Assembly: GCA_035717485.1 (NCBI GenBank)
Contig: DASTIQ010000315.1
Span: 471-64,470 of the forward strand
Source of the DNA: Thermoanaerobaculia bacterium
GTDB taxonomy: Bacteria > Acidobacteriota > Thermoanaerobaculia > UBA5066 > DATFVB01
Direction of reading: 5' to 3'
DNA: 64,000 nucleotides
Positions 53,256-62,839 of this stretch are shown here, in pieces. The notes beneath the pieces are model-generated. The model had not been told where the DNA came from. It was given only the letters and a program-made list of their open reading frames with translations, and searched no databases. The first letter of the stretch is position 1. Each line of letters starts with the position of its first letter. A program made the translations under genes and the position numbers.

Positions 53256-54560
53256 TTACTTCTCCAGCAGGTCGAGGAGCACCGCCACTTCGGACCGGAT
53301 CCCCGTCGTGATGGTCGCCTTTCGGTCGGGCGCGAAGAGCGCCGAATGGAGGGAAGGAAGCCGCCTCCCCTCCCGTCTCGCGGACTCCCAGGCTGCCGGT
53401 TCGGCGGCCCCGAGACGGTAGATCACGGACGGGACTCCGGCGCGGCCGAACTCGCTGAAGTCCTCGGACGCCGTCTCGGGCGGGAGCGCCGAGACTTTCT
53501 CGTTCCCGAGCTCGCGCCGGAGCGCCGCCGCGACCCTCTCCGTGAGCGCCGGGTCGTTGACCGTGACGTTCGAGCTCACGTCCACGATCTTCACCTCCGG
53601 AGGTTTCGGGGCGGCCGCCGCCTCGGCTTCCGCCTTGGCGATGCGGGCGATCCCGGCGAGAAGCCGCTGCCGGACCTCCTCGCGAAACGCCCGGACCGTG
53701 AGCTGAAGACGCACTTCGTCCGGGATGATGTTGTGCTTGGTTCCCCCGTGGATCGAGCCGACGGTGACGATCGCGGGGTCGAGAGGGTCGTTCTCCCGGG
53801 AAACGAGGGTCTGGAGCGCGAGCACCGTCCGCGCGGCGATCACGATCGGATCGACGCTCGCCTCCGGATGCGCGCCGTGAGCGCCCTTCCCGAAGATGGT
53901 GAGGTCGACGGAATCCGCGCTCGAGAGCGCGGGACCGGACGTATAGCCGACCGAGCCCGACGGCAGCGTGGGGATGTCGTGCAGCGCGATCACCGCGTCG
54001 GGTTTCGGGAAGCGCGTGAAGAGCCCGTCGTCGAGCATCGCGCGGGCGCCGATCCCCCGCTCTTCGGCGGGCTGCGCGATCACGACGAGCGTCCCGGTCC
54101 ACCGGGACCTCTCGCGGGAGAGAAACGTCGCGGTACCGAGCCAGGCGGCCATGTGGACGTCGTGCCCGCACGCGTGCATCACGCCGACATCCCGCCCGGA
54201 GTCGTCCTTCGTCCGTTCCCGGCTCGCGTACGGCAGCCCGGTCTTCTCCTCGAGAGGGAGCGCGTCGAGCTCGGTCCGGAGCATCGCGGTCTTCCCGGGA
54301 CCGTTGCGGAGGACCCCCACGACGCCGGTTCCGCCCACGTGCTCGGTGACTTCGAAGCCGAGCTTCCGGAGATCGCCCGCGAGGATCGATGCCGTGCGCG
54401 TCTCGTGGAGAGAGAGCTCGGGGTGCCGGTGGATGTCCAGATATACCGGCTCCATCTCCGAATACAGCGCCTCGAGCTTCGCCGCCGGGATCGCCGGTTC
54501 GGCACGGCCGGTTCGCGCGCCCACGAACGCCGCGAGGATCAGGATGCCCCACCTCTTCAT
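53256..54560 (-). CDS. Secreted M20D family amidohydrolase (aminoacylase/hippurate hydrolase-like)
   Basis: Start at MKRWGILILAAF, preceded by GGAGGAA. M20 motifs HACGHDVH and the GAHGAHP region. Signal peptide. Confidence 0.75.
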   Translation of the reverse strand: MKRWGILILAAFVGARTGRAEPAIPAAKLEALYSEMEPVYLDIHRHPELSLHETRTASILAGDLRKLGFEVTEHVGGTGVVGVLRNGPGKTAMLRTELDALPLEEKTGLPYASRERTKDDSGRDVGVMHACGHDVHMAAWLGTATFLSRERSRWTGTLVVIAQPAEERGIGARAMLDDGLFTRFPKPDAVIALHDIPTLPSGSVGYTSGPALSSADSVDLTIFGKGAHGAHPEASVDPIVIAARTVLALQTLVSRENDPLDPAIVTVGSIHGGTKHNIIPDEVRLQLTVRAFREEVRQRLLAGIARIAKAEAEAAAAPKPPEVKIVDVSSNVTVNDPALTERVAAALRRELGNEKVSALPPETASEDFSEFGRAGVPSVIYRLGAAEPAAWESARREGRRLPSLHSALFAPDRKATITTGIRSEVAVLLDLLEK

Positions 54561-55163
54561 CGGGTTCCTCCGGCGGGGATTATCGCAGACGAGCCGGGAC
54601 GAGGTGGCAGAACGATTGCAGTCCCCGGGAGGCATGCTTCGAACTCGAGACCGAACGGCAGCGGCTGAGCCCGCACCGATCCGAACGGCGGCGCGGGCGC
54701 AATTCGTCCGGCTGCTGCGCGACGAGTCCGAGGAAGTGGGGGCCGAGATCCACTACCGCTCGGGCGACGGCGAGCAGACGAAGGTCTTCTTTCGGGACCG
54801 GGAGAGCCTTCGCGCGCATATCGGCGAGCTGCGGCGCGCGGGCGCCGACGTCGTCGAAGAGGAGACCGCCCTCAACGCGATGATCGCGGCCGGGAGGCCG
54901 GGAAACTGAGGGGGAAAACGGGAGAGTCGTCCCAGCGCCGCGACGAGGAGTGGGAATTCGGCTTCCCGGAATGGCGTCTCTCCGGTCCTCGATACGCCGT
55001 CGTCAACCGGCGGCGCCGGTCGGAAAAGCACGACGCGCAGTAGTACTTCCCTCCCATCGGGAAGAGGTGGAGCGTCTCGTGGCACCGCTCACAGATCCCG
55101 TTCACGGCTTTTCTTTCCTCGTCGTTCCGCTTTCGACACTTCGGCACGCAAGAAATCGGCCAG

Positions 55164-55523
55164 TCAATCGCAGTGCTCCCGGACGAGCGCCATCAGCCGA
55201 ACGGGGTCGAAGGGCTTGAGAAGGAAGCCCTGGAAGTTGAGGTCCGCCTCCCGGCCGGCGAGATCGCTCGTTCCGCTCAGCATGATGACCGGGATCTTCG
55301 CGAGTTCCGGATCGCGGTTGCGGAGCTCGAGGAATTCCAGGCCGTTCATCACGGGCATCTTCAGGTCGAGGAGAACCAGGCACGGGCGCGGCGACGCGCG
55401 GAGCCGCTCCCACCCTTCGGCGCCGTCTCCGGCCGCCGTCACCTCCGCTCCCTCCCCGCGGAGGATCTCGACGAGGACTTCGCGCACCTCCTCGTTGTCT
55501 TCGACGACCAGAACCGGGCTCAT
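55164..55523 (-). CDS. Single-domain response regulator (CheY-like receiver)
   Basis: Start at MSPVLVVEDN, preceded by AAGGAG. Phospho-acceptor Asp in LVLLDLKMP. Conserved T/K positions. 119 aa. Confidence 0.7.
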   Translation of the reverse strand: MSPVLVVEDNEEVREVLVEILRGEGAEVTAAGDGAEGWERLRASPRPCLVLLDLKMPVMNGLEFLELRNRDPELAKIPVIMLSGTSDLAGREADLNFQGFLLKPFDPVRLMALVREHCD

Positions 55524-55642
55524 CCCGCTCCTTCCGTTCACGCCGGAAACGATCGGTCGTTTCCGCCGACGGGAATTGCAGATTGAGTGCCATTCCGGAA
55601 CGCCTCCTTTGGAATTCCCGCCCGGGTGAACGAGATCTTGCT

Positions 55643-55729
55643 TGGTGGGGGCAGAGAGATTCGAACTCTCAAGGGATTGCTCCCAACAGGTCCTAAGCCT
55701 GTCGCGTATGCCAGTTCCGCCATGCCCCC
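55643..55729 (-). tRNA. tRNA-Leu (anticodon TAG), type II with long variable arm, CCA encoded
   Basis: Manual fold: acceptor GGGGGCA/TGCCCCC. Anticodon stem ACAGG/CCTGT with loop CTTAGGA. Long variable arm. T-arm GAGAG-TTCGAAT-CTCTC. 87 nt. Confidence 0.85.
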
Positions 55730-55846
55730 GGGTCCGCAGGATAACCGCAACGGCCGAAGCGGGCATGGCGCTGTCGGCAATGCTCTGGAAGGAACCGGCG
55801 GTCGCGCGCAGGGCTACGTGGATGGACCGGCGCTCCCGGCGCCGCG

Positions 55847-56350
55847 CTACTGCTGGAGCGTCAGGGTGATCGACGCCTCGGCGTCGCCCGCATGGACCTC
55901 GTCCGAGGTCAGCTCCGCGGTCACGGTCACCGGCACGTTGTTCGTGCCGCCGCCGAGCGTGCCGTGCAGATGGATCGTGCCCGAGGACTGCGAGTTCTTG
56001 TCGATGGTGCCGAAGGAGAAGTCGGCCGTCCCGCCGTTGGCTCCATTCGACGAGGAGACCGTTCCCCCGCCCGAGGTCACCTCGGCGGACTCGATGACGA
56101 TGGGCGGCGGAAGGACGACGTGGACGTGGACGTCGTGCAGGACCGAGAAGCCGAGGTTCCGTGCCTTGACGTCGACGTTGAAACTCTCCCCCGACGCCAC
56201 CGGTGCCGACGGCCCCCCGAGCTCCACCTGTGCGAGCGAGCCGCCCGTCGGGGTCGTCCCGTGATCGCTGTTGTCGTTGCAGGCGACCCCGCTCGCCAGC
56301 GCAAAGGCCGCCGCGGCGAAGATCGTCGAGAAGCGTCGAAATCCCCTCAT
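55847..56350 (-). CDS. Hypothetical secreted protein / lipoprotein (Ser/Thr/Gly-rich beta-rich domain)
   Basis: Signal peptide with possible lipobox (FALASGVAC). Lies between two tRNA genes. Start choice uncertain. Confidence 0.4.
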   Translation of the reverse strand: MRGFRRFSTIFAAAAFALASGVACNDNSDHGTTPTGGSLAQVELGGPSAPVASGESFNVDVKARNLGFSVLHDVHVHVVLPPPIVIESAEVTSGGGTVSSSNGANGGTADFSFGTIDKNSQSSGTIHLHGTLGGGTNNVPVTVTAELTSDEVHAGDAEASITLTLQQ

Positions 56351-56452
56351 GCCCGGCGGTAGCAGCAACCCCGGTGCCAGTATTCCGCGGGGTGGGTCCG
56401 GAATGAACGCTCTTCGCGATCCGAGTCCCGCGAGCGTCGTGAATGCGACGGA

Positions 56453-56528
56453 TGGTGAGGCGTCAGGGAATCGAACCCTGAACCTAGAGATTAAGAGTCT
56501 CTTGCTCTGCCAATTGAGCTAACGCCTC
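56453..56528 (-). tRNA. tRNA-Lys (anticodon CTT), CCA encoded
   Basis: Manual fold: acceptor GAGGCGT/ACGCCTC. D-arm GCTC-AATTGGCA-GAGC. Anticodon stem AGAGA/TCTCT with loop CTCTTAA. T-arm CAGGG-TTCGATT-CCCTG. 76 nt. Confidence 0.85.
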
Positions 56529-56680
56529 AACGGAGCCGGAGGATACGGGAAAGGACCGGGTCGCGCAAGAGCGGAGCTCCTCGGCCGATCGATCCCGGAG
56601 ATCGCTTCGCTCCGCTCGCGACGACGGAGAGCTTTCGGGAGAATTTCGAAACTTTCGTCGACCCGCGGGAGGCGCGCCTC

Positions 56681-56902
56681 TTACCCGCCGCCGACGAAGG
56701 TCACCACTTCCAGGTCGTCCCCCTCGTGCAGCACCGTCTCCGCGTACTGCGTCTTCGGCAGGATCTCGCGGTTGTATTCGACCGCGACGCGCGGCATCGA
56801 GACGCCGAGCGAAGCGAGGAGATCGGCGACGCGCGTGTCGGGTCCGACCGCCCGGGGCTCGCCGTTGACGCGGATGCGGACTTCTGCCGCCGCTCCGCTC
56901 AC
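56681..56902 (-). CDS. thiS: ThiS/MoaD-like sulfur-carrier protein (C-terminal GG)
   Basis: GTG start overlapping the upstream stop (GTGA). 73 aa ending ...EGDDLEVVTFVGGG with the VRIRVNGE beta-grasp pattern. Confidence 0.6.
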   Translation of the reverse strand: MSGAAAEVRIRVNGEPRAVGPDTRVADLLASLGVSMPRVAVEYNREILPKTQYAETVLHEGDDLEVVTFVGGG

Positions 56903-57633
56903 CCTCGATGCCTCAGGAGGTACTTGATCTCGTTGCTTCCCGTTTCCGACGTGGCCTGGATGATCAGCGCCGCGTTCCCGTTGCGGTAATCGGGAAGCTT
57001 GCAGTGCGCGATGCACGAGCCGTCGGAGGCGGTCTTCCCCTGGAACACGACGGTCGGCTTGTCCACGGTCGAGATGATCTTGACGAGGATCGCCGCCCCG
57101 ATGATCGGCCGGCGGGAGAGCGACGTCTCGGCCTTGACGCGGATCTCGACGTTCTCTCCCAGATAGAACTCGGGAGAGGAGTAGAGCGTCAGGTCGAGAT
57201 GCTCCTGGGAAACCTCGGAAGCGAGATAGTCGAGGATCACCTGGTCGAGCGTCTTCTCGTCCGCCTTGGCCGTCCGGTCGACGACGACCGCCCCCGCGGG
57301 AATGTCGATCGAGCCGCTCGAGGGTGCCACGAGCACCGCCTCGAAGGAATCCTCCTTCGGGGCCTTCGCCGCGGCTCCGCTCGTGGTATCGAACCGGCCG
57401 CGCTGCACCGCGGCGATCATCTTGCGGTGCTGCGATTCCATCATTTCCTGAACGGCGGCCGTCCCCCCGCCGTTCCGGATCGAATCGCCGTAGGGAGTCT
57501 TCTTCGAGGCGATGATCTCCCCGCCGACGTAGACGAGGGATTCGACGAACGGGTTGTCCTCGCCCTTGTCTTCCGTCTGCACGTGGAATACCCGGTCGCC
57601 GTGCTTGATGTCCGTGTTGAATCCGGTGATCAC
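56899..57633 (-). CDS. Hypothetical protein (244 aa), no recognised domain
   Basis: Non-biased composition, moderate GC. Translationally coupled to thiS downstream. 56 nt after the lyase gene. Confidence 0.5.
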   Translation of the reverse strand: MITGFNTDIKHGDRVFHVQTEDKGEDNPFVESLVYVGGEIIASKKTPYGDSIRNGGGTAAVQEMMESQHRKMIAAVQRGRFDTTSGAAAKAPKEDSFEAVLVAPSSGSIDIPAGAVVVDRTAKADEKTLDQVILDYLASEVSQEHLDLTLYSSPEFYLGENVEIRVKAETSLSRRPIIGAAILVKIISTVDKPTVVFQGKTASDGSCIAHCKLPDYRNGNAALIIQATSETGSNEIKYLLRHRG

Positions 57634-57689
57634 GCGCTTCTCCGCACCGCGCGGATTTTATCCCAGCGAGGGGAACTCCGCCGGCTTCG

Positions 57690-59078
57690 CTACGCGATGG
57701 CTTCGAACTCGGCGGTGAAATGCCGGAGGTAGGGCGCCTGCTTGACGATCCTCACGCCGCCGATCGCGCTCCGATTCCGGAAGCATTCGAGCACCACTTC
57801 CGCGACGTAGTCGAGGTGCGTGTTCGAGTAGACCCGCCGCGGAATGGTGAGCCGGACGAGCTCGAGCTCCGGAGCGATCTCCTGGCCCGTTCGGGGGTCT
57901 CGCCGGCCGAACATCACCCCTCCGATCTCGACGGAGCGGACTCCCCCTTCGCGGTACAGCGCGACCGAGAGCGCCTGCGCGGGGTACTGCGACGAGGGAA
58001 GGTGCGGCAGGAAGCGCCGGGCGTCGAGATACACGGCGTGTCCTCCGACCGGCCGGACGATCGGAACGCCGCCGTCCACCAGACGCTGCCCGAGCCGGCG
58101 GACCTGCCCGATGCGGAAGTGGAGGTAGCGCTCGTCGAGCACTTCGCGGAGCCCGCGGGCGACGACTTCGAGGTCGCGTCCCGCGAGGCCGCCGTAGGTT
58201 GGAAAGCCCTCGATGAGGACGAGCTTGTTCTTCAGGCTCTGGACCCAGGTGTCGTGGCGCAGCGCGAGGAAGCCGCCGATGTTGGCGAGCCCGTCCTTCT
58301 TCGCGCTCATGGTGCACCCGTCGGCGAAGGTGAAGATCTCGCGCACGATCGAGATGACCGACCAGTTCTGGCACGCGGGCTCCCGCTCGCGGATGAAATA
58401 CGCGTTTTCGGCGAAGCGACAGGCGTCGATGATCAGGGGAACGTCGTGCTTCTCGCACGCGGCCTTCACGGCGCGGACGTTCTCGAGGGAGACGGGCTGT
58501 CCGCCCCCGGAGTTGTTCGTCATCGTGAGCATGACGAGGGGAACCCGGCCGGGGTTCTTCTGGAGCGTCTCCGCGAGGCGGCCGACGTCCATGTTTCCCT
58601 TGAACGGGTAGTCGGAATCGAGGTCCTTCGCCTCCGGAACGACGAGGTCGAGCGCGACGCCGCCGTTGGCCTCGATGTTGGCCCGCGTCGTGTCGAAATG
58701 CGTGTTGTTGGGGACGATCCAGCCGGGCTTAAGCACCGTCGAGAAGAGAAGGTTCTCGGCGACCCTCCCCTGATGCGTGGGGATCACGAAGGGAAAGCCG
58801 AAGATCTCCCGGACCGTCGTCTCGAAGGAGAAGAAGTTCCGGCTCCCCGCATACGACTCGTCGCCGCGCATCATCGCCGCCCACTGCTCGTCGGACATCG
58901 CCGAGGTTCCCGAGTCCGTCAGGAGATCGATGAACACGGCCTCCGAGGGAACCGCGAAGAGGTTGTAACCGGCCTTCTTGAGATGCTTCTCCCGCGCCCG
59001 GCGATCGAGGAGCTGGATCGACTCCACGACCTTGACGCGCCACGGCTCGGGAAGGATCCGGGAAAGATCGTCGGTCAT
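57690..59078 (-). CDS. Tryptophanase / tyrosine phenol-lyase family PLP-dependent beta-eliminating lyase
   Basis: 462 aa. Family-typical segments (FFSFETTVREIFGFPFVIPTHQGR, PLP-Lys region DGCTMSAKKDGLANIGGFLA). ATGA overlap with the hemY stop. Confidence 0.8.
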   Translation of the reverse strand: MTDDLSRILPEPWRVKVVESIQLLDRRAREKHLKKAGYNLFAVPSEAVFIDLLTDSGTSAMSDEQWAAMMRGDESYAGSRNFFSFETTVREIFGFPFVIPTHQGRVAENLLFSTVLKPGWIVPNNTHFDTTRANIEANGGVALDLVVPEAKDLDSDYPFKGNMDVGRLAETLQKNPGRVPLVMLTMTNNSGGGQPVSLENVRAVKAACEKHDVPLIIDACRFAENAYFIREREPACQNWSVISIVREIFTFADGCTMSAKKDGLANIGGFLALRHDTWVQSLKNKLVLIEGFPTYGGLAGRDLEVVARGLREVLDERYLHFRIGQVRRLGQRLVDGGVPIVRPVGGHAVYLDARRFLPHLPSSQYPAQALSVALYREGGVRSVEIGGVMFGRRDPRTGQEIAPELELVRLTIPRRVYSNTHLDYVAEVVLECFRNRSAIGGVRIVKQAPYLRHFTAEFEAIA

Positions 59079-60385
59079 CGGGCCGCGATTATCGCATTCT
59101 CGACGACGTCCCCGACCGAGATCCCGCCGCGGTAGTTGCCGAGGAAGCGCAGCCCCGGGAGCGCCGCCTCCGCCTCCGCGAGCGCCCGCATCCGCGCGCC
59201 GTGCCCCGCTTCGTACTGCGGGATCGCCGCGGCATAGCGCGTCGTTCGGAGGATCTCGACGGCCTGCGTCGAGCCGAGAGCGCGGCGGGCGTCCGCGTCG
59301 ACCGCGTCGGCGACGGCCCGGTCGTCGAGCCTCGCGCCCCCGGGATTGCGCCGTCCGCCCAGAAAAAACGTCAGCAGGACCTTCCCGGCGGGAGCCCGCC
59401 CGGGAAAGAGGGCCGAGCTCCAGACGGCGCCGAGGACGGGCTCGCCGGGACGCGGCGCGAGGAGATGGCCGAATCCGAGGGGGGGCCGCGCGAAGGCGGG
59501 GGCCGCCCAGGCGCAATGCGCGACGCATACCTCGGGCGCGGCGATCTCGGAAAGCGCGCGAGACGCCGCGGGGGCCGCCGCCGCGACGATGCGGGCCGCG
59601 GCGGCGGCGGGCGCGGCCACGACGACCCGGCGGGCCAGCCGGTTTCCGTCGTCGGAAGCGAACAGCCGCCATCCGTCGCCCGTCCGCTCGATCCGCTCGA
59701 CCGCGACGTTCGCCCGGAACCTCTCGCCGAGCCCCTTCGCGAGCGCGCGCGGGAGCGTTCCGAGGCCGGACGCGAACGACATCAATCCCTTCGGCTTCGG
59801 CCCCGCCGGCTTCGGCCCCTTCTTCCGGGACTTCCAGAACCCGCCGATCACGCTGCCGTGCTCGCGCTCGAGCTCGACGAGCTTCCCGAAGGCGTCCGCC
59901 GCGGTGAGCTTCCGCGCATCCCCGGCGTAGATTCCCGAAACGAAGGGCTCGAGGAGCTTCCCGGCGATCGCCGGCCCGAAGCGCCGGGCGACGAAATCGT
60001 AGGCGCTCTCGTCCCCGGTGGCCGCGCGCCCGCGCACGAAGGGCTCCGCCGCCGCGCGGAGCATCGCCCACGGCGACAGCACGCCGAACGGGATCTTCCG
60101 GAGGCGTCCGCCGATCTCCACGAAACGCGGGAGGCGCGGATCGGAAAAACGCATCTCCTCCGCGATGCCGAGCTCGGCGGCCAGGGCGAGGAGGGCGGGA
60201 GTCGGCCGTACCGTATTCGGTCCGAGCTCGAGGAGATACCCGTCCTGCTCGACCGTCCGGACGACTCCGCCGGGAAGGGCGCCGCTCTCGAGAAGGACGA
60301 CGTCCGCTCCCGCGCGGACGAGCGCATGGGCGTGGACGAGCCCGGAGAGGCCCCCGCCGATCACGACGGTCTCGATCTCGTTCAC
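59075..60385 (-). CDS. hemY: Protoporphyrinogen/coproporphyrinogen oxidase (HemY family, FAD-dependent)
   Basis: GTG start with the dinucleotide-binding motif VVIGGGLSGL right at the N-terminus. 436 aa. GTGA overlap with the hemH stop. Confidence 0.75.
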   Translation of the reverse strand: MNEIETVVIGGGLSGLVHAHALVRAGADVVLLESGALPGGVVRTVEQDGYLLELGPNTVRPTPALLALAAELGIAEEMRFSDPRLPRFVEIGGRLRKIPFGVLSPWAMLRAAAEPFVRGRAATGDESAYDFVARRFGPAIAGKLLEPFVSGIYAGDARKLTAADAFGKLVELEREHGSVIGGFWKSRKKGPKPAGPKPKGLMSFASGLGTLPRALAKGLGERFRANVAVERIERTGDGWRLFASDDGNRLARRVVVAAPAAAAARIVAAAAPAASRALSEIAAPEVCVAHCAWAAPAFARPPLGFGHLLAPRPGEPVLGAVWSSALFPGRAPAGKVLLTFFLGGRRNPGGARLDDRAVADAVDADARRALGSTQAVEILRTTRYAAAIPQYEAGHGARMRALAEAEAALPGLRFLGNYRGGISVGDVVENAIIAAR

Positions 60386-61362
60386 TGCCAGAACTCCTTC
60401 CGCTCGTCGATCATGCGGGCGAGCGACGCCAGGAACGCGGGGTGCGCGTTCAATCCCGGCGTCCGGCGGAAATGCGCGATCCCCGCGTCGGCCGCCGCGC
60501 GCGCGAAGAGCTGGTCGATTTCGAACAGCGTCTCGATGTGGTCGGTCACGAACGCGATCGGGACGACGAGCACCTGCTTCTCCCCTTTTCGTCCCAGCTC
60601 GGCGAGGACGTCGGCGGTCTGGGGACCGAGCCACTCGACCGGGCCGAGCTTCGACTGGTACGCGAGTCCCGTCCGGCGCTCCGGGCCGATCTCCCGCGCG
60701 ATCGCGGCCACGGTCTGCCCGATCTCCCGTTCGTAGGGATCGTTCTCCTCGGTGACGAGCTTCTTCGGGATCGAATGCGCCGAGAAGAGGACGTAGGTCG
60801 CGCCCGGCGCCGTGTCGGGGAACGCCGCGAGCTCCCGCCGGATGAGATCGGCGTGGGCCGCGACGAAGCCGGGGTCGGCCGGAAACGAGCCCGTCTCGAG
60901 CAGCGTCGCCACTCGCGCGTACCGGTGCACGGCTTCCCGCGATCGGTCGAGCGCCCCCTTCGTCGTCGTCAGGGAGTACTGCGGATAGAGGGGAAGCGCG
61001 AGGAACCGGCGGCAGCCGCCCGCCGCCAGCTCGGCCACGACGTCCTCGACCAGCGGCCGGGAGCAGGTCATCGCGGTCCGCACGGCGACGTCGCGGCCGC
61101 GAGAGCGCAGGAGGGCCTCGACTCCCGCGGACTGCTCGTCCGTCAGGCGCCGGATCGGTGAGCCCCCGCCGATCGCGGCGTACATCTTCTTCGAGGTTCC
61201 GGCGCGGCTCAGAGCGATGGATGCGGCGATCGCCCGCCGGAGGATCCCGGAGCGGACGCGGATCACCTCGGGATCGGCGAAGAGCCGATAGAGGAATCCC
61301 CGCACGTCCGCGAGCGTCTCGGGCCCGCCCAGCTGCAGGAAGAGAACGGCGCGATCCGTCAT
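60382..61362 (-). CDS. hemH: Ferrochelatase
   Basis: 326 aa. Ferrochelatase-typical segments (FLQLGGP, SAHSIP, conserved His/Glu). Confidence 0.85.
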   Translation of the reverse strand: MTDRAVLFLQLGGPETLADVRGFLYRLFADPEVIRVRSGILRRAIAASIALSRAGTSKKMYAAIGGGSPIRRLTDEQSAGVEALLRSRGRDVAVRTAMTCSRPLVEDVVAELAAGGCRRFLALPLYPQYSLTTTKGALDRSREAVHRYARVATLLETGSFPADPGFVAAHADLIRRELAAFPDTAPGATYVLFSAHSIPKKLVTEENDPYEREIGQTVAAIAREIGPERRTGLAYQSKLGPVEWLGPQTADVLAELGRKGEKQVLVVPIAFVTDHIETLFEIDQLFARAAADAGIAHFRRTPGLNAHPAFLASLARMIDERKEFWQ

Positions 61363-61462
61363 TCCGCCGGGCGCAGATCCGCCCGCCCGCCGGAGAGCCG
61401 GGCGAGAAGGCGGAGTGATCGCGCCGGAGCGTGTCGCGACGCGCGCGAAGCGCCAAGCCGGA

Positions 61463-62839
61463 TCACAGCGTGCGGGAGAACATCGGCTTCTCGGAGGCGG
61501 CCGCCAGGTATGCGTCGAACGGCATCGCCAGGTTCCGCAGGAAGATCCGGCCGAGCGACGTCGCGCGGATCTCCCGGTCGGAGATCTCGACGAGGCCGTC
61601 CTCCCGGCACTCCTCGAGCTTCGCGAGCGCGTCGCCGAACGTCTCGTCGAAGGGCACGCCGAACTGCTCCTCGATCTCGGTCTTGACGATCACTCCGTGG
61701 CAGAGGAGGTTCTGGATGACGACCCGCCGCAGCCGGTCGTCGGCGGAGAGCCGGAAGCCGCGCATCGTCGCCGGGCCGCCGCGCTCCATGGCCGCGCGAT
61801 AGGCGGGGAGGTCGCGCTGGTTCTGGACGTACGCGTCGGCGATTCCGCCGATCGAACTCATCCCGAGGCCGAACAGGTCCGTGCCCGCCTTCGTGGTGTA
61901 GCCCTGGAAGTTCCGCCAGAGCGTGCGGTTGCGGCGCGCCCGCGCGAGTTCGTCGTCGGGCCGCGCGAAGTGGTCCATCCCGATGTACTCGTACCCCGAT
62001 TCCGTGAAGCGGGAGAGCGCGGTCCGGAAGATCTCGAACTTCTCGCGCTCGGTCGGGAGCTTCGGTTCGTTGACGCGCTGGTGCTTCTTCATCCACGGCA
62101 CGTGCGCGTAGGAATAGACGGCGAGCCGGTCCGGGCCGATCGAGAGGATCTTGTCGATCGTCCGGCGAAACGATTCGGGCGTCTGGAACGGGAGCCCGAA
62201 GATCAGGTCCATGTTCACGCTCTGGAAGCCGAGGGAGCGCGCCGCCTCGACGAGGTCGCGGGTGGCTTCGTACGGCTGGACGCGGTTGACGGTCTCCTGC
62301 ACCTTCGGATCGAAATCCTGGACGCCCATCGAGAGGCGGTTGAATCCCCCCTTGCGCAGCACTTCGAGGTGCGCGCGCGTCGTCACGCGCGGATCGATCT
62401 CGACGCCGAGCTCGGCGTCGGGCGCGAACGTGAAGGCGCCGTGGAGCGCCTCGGCGAGCCGATCGAGCCGCTCCGGATCGAAGTACGTCGGCGTTCCCCC
62501 GCCGTAGTGGAGCTGGACGACGGGCCGCGACCGATCGACCCGCTCGGCGAGCCACGCGATCTCCTTCCGGAGAAGCGCGAGGTATCCCTCTTCGGTCCGG
62601 TGATTCTTCCCGGTGATGACGACCGTGCAGCCGCAGAAGAAGCAGAGCTTCTCGCAGAACGGCAGGTGCAGATACAGCGAGAGAGGCGCCGGCGCCTCGG
62701 CCGCGTTCGATTCCGCGATCAGCTTCTCGTAGTCCGGCGGGCCGAAATCGTCCCGCCACGACGGCGCCGGCGGATAAGAGGTGTAGCGGGGTCCCGCCAC
62801 GTTGTACTTGTGGAGCAGCTCGTAGGGAACGTCGTTCAT
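61463..62839 (-). CDS. hemN: Oxygen-independent coproporphyrinogen III oxidase (radical SAM HemN)
   Basis: 458 aa. Radical-SAM cluster motif CEKLCFFCGC and the HemN-specific GPRYTSYPPA N-terminal motif. Confidence 0.85.
   Translation of the reverse strand: MNDVPYELLHKYNVAGPRYTSYPPAPSWRDDFGPPDYEKLIAESNAAEAPAPLSLYLHLPFCEKLCFFCGCTVVITGKNHRTEEGYLALLRKEIAWLAERVDRSRPVVQLHYGGGTPTYFDPERLDRLAEALHGAFTFAPDAELGVEIDPRVTTRAHLEVLRKGGFNRLSMGVQDFDPKVQETVNRVQPYEATRDLVEAARSLGFQSVNMDLIFGLPFQTPESFRRTIDKILSIGPDRLAVYSYAHVPWMKKHQRVNEPKLPTEREKFEIFRTALSRFTESGYEYIGMDHFARPDDELARARRNRTLWRNFQGYTTKAGTDLFGLGMSSIGGIADAYVQNQRDLPAYRAAMERGGPATMRGFRLSADDRLRRVVIQNLLCHGVIVKTEIEEQFGVPFDETFGDALAKLEECREDGLVEISDREIRATSLGRIFLRNLAMPFDAYLAAASEKPMFSRTL

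Noticed and set aside
54633-55147. Overlapping small ORFs 54633..54909 (+) and 54872..55147 (-, CxxC...CxxC zinc-ribbon-like)
   Set aside because: They overlap convergently and cannot both be expressed as drawn. Neither has a convincing ribosome-binding site or recognisable family. Left unannotated pending evidence.
55587-56264. Plus-strand ORFs 55587..56264 and 55892..56362 near the tRNAs
   Set aside because: They overlap the tRNA-Leu gene and the minus-strand lipoprotein gene and have low-complexity translations.
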